Positions 60,294 through 64,000 of a stretch of 64,000 bases of DNA are shown piece by piece. The DNA is from Anaerolineae bacterium (GTDB taxonomy: Bacteria; Chloroflexota; Anaerolineae; Fen-1058), in assembly GCA_036514635.1 (NCBI GenBank), contig DATBWU010000164.1, positions 337-64,336 of the forward strand, in the 5' to 3' direction. The notes under the pieces are model-generated. The model saw nothing but the letters and a program-made list of their open reading frames with translations. It ran no database searches and had not been told where the DNA came from. Position 1 is the stretch's first letter; each line of letters begins with the position of its first letter. Both the position numbers and the translations under genes were made by a program.

Positions 60294-61804
60294 TTTCGGA
60301 ACTGAAGCGGCGAAGCGCCGACATGACAATGGCACTGATCGATTGTCTGGTCGATACGCTTCAGCGCGAAGCGATTACCTTTTGCCACTGGAAAAGCAAC
60401 TTCCATTTGAAAGAGGCTCTGGCGAAAGGCGGGGACCTGGATTTGCTCGTGGCGCGTAAGGATGCCGAGCGGTTCGAGGGTGTCCTGGCCGCTCTGGGCT
60501 TCAAACGCGCTGTCGATTCAGTGCAGGGCTCCATTCCTTCCGTTCTGCACTTCTATGGTCTGGATCACGGGAGCGGTGAATGGGTCCATCTGCATGTGTA
60601 TTATCGAGTCGTGACCGGCGAAAGCCTATTGAAGAACTATCACTTTCCTGTCGAAGAACTGTTGCTACAGAATCCTGGGCAGGTAGGGGGCATGCCTGTA
60701 CCACACCAGCCTTCAGAATTGATGCTGTTTGTGATACGCACCATGCTCAAGCATGCCTCATTCCTCGAGTACCTGCTCCTCCGGCGCCTCGACGGGGCCG
60801 GTTATACGGCGGTACGGGGGGAATTAGAGTCTCTGCTGGCAGATGATTCCGCGGCCAGGTGTTCGGAGTTGCTTGCCCAGTGGCTGCCGTCTGTGGAGCG
60901 CGATCTTTTCCACGAATGCATTCATGCCCTCCAAACGGATGCCTCCTTCCTGCGTCGTTTTTGGTTGGCGACGAGACTGCGCAGACAGCTCAAGACATAC
61001 AACCGGTATTCGTTCGTGTCGGCGACGTTGTTACGGGCGACGCTCTTTCTCAAGCTAACCCTCCGGCGCTTGCAGGGCGGTAAGAAACCTAAGCAGCCGG
61101 CGTCGGGCGGTGCACTGATTGCATTTGTAGGCCCCGAAGCGACAGGCAAATCGACTTTGGTGAAGGAAACGGCGGACTGGCTGGGGCAGGTTTTCGATGT
61201 CCGTTCGGCTCATTTGGGAAAGCCGCCATCGACTTGGTTAACTTTCCTGCCCAATCTCACTGTGCCGCTCGTGCGCAGATTGGCTCCGCGGCATCGAACG
61301 AGCCGGGTGGAGAATGACTTAGACGACCGAAAGACTCGCAGCGTCTCTCTGCTATATGGTCTTCGTTCAGTCCTGGTTGCCTGGGATCGGCGCGCGCTGG
61401 CCATGAAATTGCGTCGGACGGCAACCCATGGCGGCATCGTCATCTGCGACCGTTATCCCTCTGCGACGATTGGCGCTATGGACAGTGCCCGATTGCAGGT
61501 TCCGGCAGACCGGAGCGTGCGTGGCCGATTGCTCGGCTCCTGGGCCAGGCTGGAGAACCGGCTGTATCGACAAATACCGCCGCCGGATGTCGTGATTCGA
61601 GTGACGGTTCCGGTCGATGTTGCCATTGAACGTAACCGGGAGCGGCAAAAGAATGGCAAAGAGAACGATGCGTACGTGCTGCGCAGGCACATGACCAGCC
61701 TGGTTCCCGAGTTTCTGACAGCCAGAACTTTCGATCTGGACTCGAATCAACCCATAGCGCAGACCGTCAGTTCTGTGCGCCAAATCGTGTGGGACGTTCT
61801 ATAA
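60290..61804 (+). CDS. two-domain protein A' (paralog of A): NTase-like N-terminal domain plus P-loop dTMP-kinase-like C-terminal domain
   Basis: ITFCHWKSN...GGDLDLLVARKDAERFEGVLAALGFKR...HLHVYYRV. Walker A AFVGPEATGKST. IVICDRYP. Collinear with A throughout. ATGA overlap with B'. Confidence 0.7.
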   Translation: MISELKRRSADMTMALIDCLVDTLQREAITFCHWKSNFHLKEALAKGGDLDLLVARKDAERFEGVLAALGFKRAVDSVQGSIPSVLHFYGLDHGSGEWVHLHVYYRVVTGESLLKNYHFPVEELLLQNPGQVGGMPVPHQPSELMLFVIRTMLKHASFLEYLLLRRLDGAGYTAVRGELESLLADDSAARCSELLAQWLPSVERDLFHECIHALQTDASFLRRFWLATRLRRQLKTYNRYSFVSATLLRATLFLKLTLRRLQGGKKPKQPASGGALIAFVGPEATGKSTLVKETADWLGQVFDVRSAHLGKPPSTWLTFLPNLTVPLVRRLAPRHRTSRVENDLDDRKTRSVSLLYGLRSVLVAWDRRALAMKLRRTATHGGIVICDRYPSATIGAMDSARLQVPADRSVRGRLLGSWARLENRLYRQIPPPDVVIRVTVPVDVAIERNRERQKNGKENDAYVLRRHMTSLVPEFLTARTFDLDSNQPIAQTVSSVRQIVWDVL

Positions 61805-61820
61805 AAAGGAGAGCGCCATC

Positions 61821-64000
61821 ATGCCCGCTAAACGGGGAAAGCAGCTGTTAAGCCATTCGCTGGTGATCATAGGAATCGTTGCGCTCTTCGCATCAGCGCT
61901 GCGTTCAGTCAGCTCAGCGCAAGAACGGCCCGATGACCTGCACTCGACTGTACATCAGCAGGTGTTCCTTCCCTTAATCATTGCCAGTTCTGAGCAAGCG
62001 CAGTCCGATTACTACAGGCACGTTCGCACGATCGAGACCGACCGCATGGGCATTCCCCGTCCCGCGGGCGTGGCCTACTCTCCCGCGACCGATACCTTCC
62101 TCATTGTGCAGACCCGCGACCCGGAGCAGTCTCAGCCAGGAACAACTAACCTCTTCATGCTCACGCAGTTGGAAGAACTGGCTGGCTCAGTCAGCATCGC
62201 TGCGACGATTCCTGACTCGCTAAACATCACGTATAACGGCAAGGCCAATCGTTTGCTGCTCTTGAATGCCGCGACCAACGAGCTACTTGAGATCGAGACG
62301 GGGCCGACACGCGCGCTCGATCCCGCAACACTCACGCGGTTCGATGTCCGTCAGTTTGGCCTCCAAACCCCCCGAGGCATGACGCTTGATCCACAGAGCG
62401 GCCGCTTGTTCATCCTGGATAGTGCGGCGCACCAGATTGTGTGGGTGGACCCCGGCCCTGACCAGAGCTATGACGGCGCGGCGGCGCTACGCGATGGCCG
62501 CATCGGGCAGGTAGACCTGAAACCATTAGGGCTGGTCGATCTCCGGGGTCTGGCTTTCAACCCGATGAATGGTCACCTGTATGTGCTAAGCGCGGCCAAA
62601 GAATCGCTGTACGAACTCACTCAGACAGGCCAGCTGGTGGCGACGCGTGATCTGTCCAACTCCTCTGACTTTAGGCTGATTGACCCTCAAGGCATGGTCT
62701 TTGGCCCTAGCTTCGACCAGACTGATGACCCCAGCGTGATGAATCTGTATATCGTCGATCGCCGGCTGGGCGACCGGTGGCAACGGCAAGGCCAAATTGA
62801 GGAGTTGTCTCTCATCCAACCGGTCCGACCCAATCTCATCGGCGTAACCGCGGTTCAGGCGTCCCTCGTGCGGACGACCAACCTGAATACATGGTCGCCG
62901 CCCAGCCCCGACCCGATGGGCGCGGGTTACGACCCCGCCACGAATCGACTCGTGATCAGTGACTCTGAAGTCGAGGAAATGCCTCCGTACTGGGTGGGCG
63001 TCAACCTCTTTGTAGCGAATCTGGCAGGCGGTCTGATCGAGACCCACACGACCTCCCCATCCTACTCGGACGAGCCGACCGGGGTCGCTTTTAACCCGGT
63101 CAACGGGCACTGCTTTATTTCCGACGATGACAAGAAAGATGTCTTTGAACTGACCCCTGGGGCGGATGGCCAGTGCTTCACCTCAGATGACGTCAGGACG
63201 CAGTTTGACACAACCGCTGTCGGTATCGGAGATCCGGAAGGTCTTGCCTTTAACACCTGGAACGGGCACCTGCTTTTTGCAGGCGGGGAATTTGGAGAAT
63301 TTCACGACATCAATCCAGGCCCCAATGGCCGCTTCGACGGCGGGGGAGATGATATCGTGACCCAGTGGGACACCGCCAGCCTGGGTCTTCCGGATCCCGA
63401 AGGCATCGAATTCAACCCCGACACCGGTACGGTGTACCTCGCCGGTAGCGGCGGATTCATCTTGGAGACGACGACCGGTGGTGCCGTACTGAATGTGATT
63501 GACATTTCCTTTTTGAGCCCAGACTCCCCGTCGGGCCTGGCGTACGGTCCAAGCAGTGTGAACCCTGCGGAGAAATCTCTCTACATCGTTGATCGTGCGG
63601 TTGACAATAACTCTAACCCTAATGAAAACGACGGCAAATTGTACGAAATCTCGCTCGGCCCGACGGGTCCCACACCTACACCGAGCAACACACCCACACC
63701 GAGCAATACGCCGACGCCCGGCCCTACTCTCACGCCGAGCAACACGCCGACGTCGAGCAATACGCCGGGACCGACCAACACGCCGACCCCGACCGCCGCA
63801 CCCGGATCTACCCTGACCTTTGGTGCTGTCGCCGATGCACGCGTGAATGAGTCCAGCCCTAGCACGAATTATGGAACGGCCGCGGTGATCTATGTTGAGG
63901 GCGGTACCGATCCCGATTACGAAGGCTATTTCCGCTTCACGGTGACCGGCGTGGCAGGCGCGGTCCAGAATGCCAGGCTGCGGGTGTTCGCCAGTAATGG
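61821..64000 (+). CDS. secreted repeat (beta-propeller-like) protein with PT-rich linker and DNRLRE-like C-terminal domain, truncated by the window edge
   Basis: ATG at 61821 preceded by AAGGAGAG. Signal peptide LVIIGIVALFASALRSVSSA. About 9 repeats of the type P-x-G-h-a-h-x-P-x-x-G-x-L-h-h (PRGMTLDPQSGRLFILD, PEGLAFNTWNGHLLF...). PTPTPSNTPTPSNTPTPGPT linker. Then ADARVNESSPSTNYG...FRFTV. It has no stop in the window, so it is absent from the ORF track. Confidence 0.7.
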   Translation, partial: MPAKRGKQLLSHSLVIIGIVALFASALRSVSSAQERPDDLHSTVHQQVFLPLIIASSEQAQSDYYRHVRTIETDRMGIPRPAGVAYSPATDTFLIVQTRDPEQSQPGTTNLFMLTQLEELAGSVSIAATIPDSLNITYNGKANRLLLLNAATNELLEIETGPTRALDPATLTRFDVRQFGLQTPRGMTLDPQSGRLFILDSAAHQIVWVDPGPDQSYDGAAALRDGRIGQVDLKPLGLVDLRGLAFNPMNGHLYVLSAAKESLYELTQTGQLVATRDLSNSSDFRLIDPQGMVFGPSFDQTDDPSVMNLYIVDRRLGDRWQRQGQIEELSLIQPVRPNLIGVTAVQASLVRTTNLNTWSPPSPDPMGAGYDPATNRLVISDSEVEEMPPYWVGVNLFVANLAGGLIETHTTSPSYSDEPTGVAFNPVNGHCFISDDDKKDVFELTPGADGQCFTSDDVRTQFDTTAVGIGDPEGLAFNTWNGHLLFAGGEFGEFHDINPGPNGRFDGGGDDIVTQWDTASLGLPDPEGIEFNPDTGTVYLAGSGGFILETTTGGAVLNVIDISFLSPDSPSGLAYGPSSVNPAEKSLYIVDRAVDNNSNPNENDGKLYEISLGPTGPTPTPSNTPTPSNTPTPGPTLTPSNTPTSSNTPGPTNTPTPTAAPGSTLTFGAVADARVNESSPSTNYGTAAVIYVEGGTDPDYEGYFRFTVTGVAGAVQNARLRVFASN

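Noticed and set aside
1-64000. Search by eye for tRNA, rRNA, tmRNA, RNase P, SRP RNA, integrase/transposase genes and CRISPR arrays
   Set aside because: None was recognised. All gene-free stretches are accounted for by palindromic or MITE-like repeats. A tRNAscan/Infernal run would be the decisive check.

Overview
High-G+C bacterial chromosomal window. Spot counts of single 60-nt lines give 35/60 and 43/60 G+C in core genes. Gene content and repeat style suggest a Chloroflexota-like organism, but that is inference only. About 45 protein genes are supportable. Left to right they are: a FAD oxidoreductase; a PabB-PabC fusion; a GAF histidine kinase with an atypical receiver and a CBS protein; a small type II R-M island; a class V aminotransferase plus a complete 2-oxoacid dehydrogenase operon (E1a, E1b, E2, Lpd); a membrane HdrD-like Fe-S protein; a Ser/Thr (pseudo)kinase; an LCP protein; MscL; an S8 peptidase; PepF; HU; ComM/YifB; an ABC exporter; a cNMP-binding protein with a MinD-like ATPase; the prkA-yeaH-spoVR operon; an ECF sigma/anti-sigma pair; mutS-mutL; and a three-gene PAS/GAF phosphorelay. 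A lower-G+C island follows (about 52.2-61.8 kb; spot count 29/60). It carries wzx-wzy-GT4 bracketed by two mirror-ordered pairs of P-loop kinase-like genes, and in each pair the larger gene also has an NTase-like N-terminal domain. This island is the best candidate for an undescribed system. A second theme is the density of palindromic repeats, some built from shuffled short sequence blocks ('words'). They fill operon spacers, include MITE-like elements with terminal inverted repeats, and appear to have been inserted in frame into mutS (twice) and into the S8 peptidase. Several decayed genes are present: DUF559, a collapsed cyclase/ATPase regulator, a PIG-L fragment and an NTase fragment. I saw no rRNA, tRNA or CRISPR array by eye. 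All family assignments come from motifs read in the translated ORFs. No database search was run.
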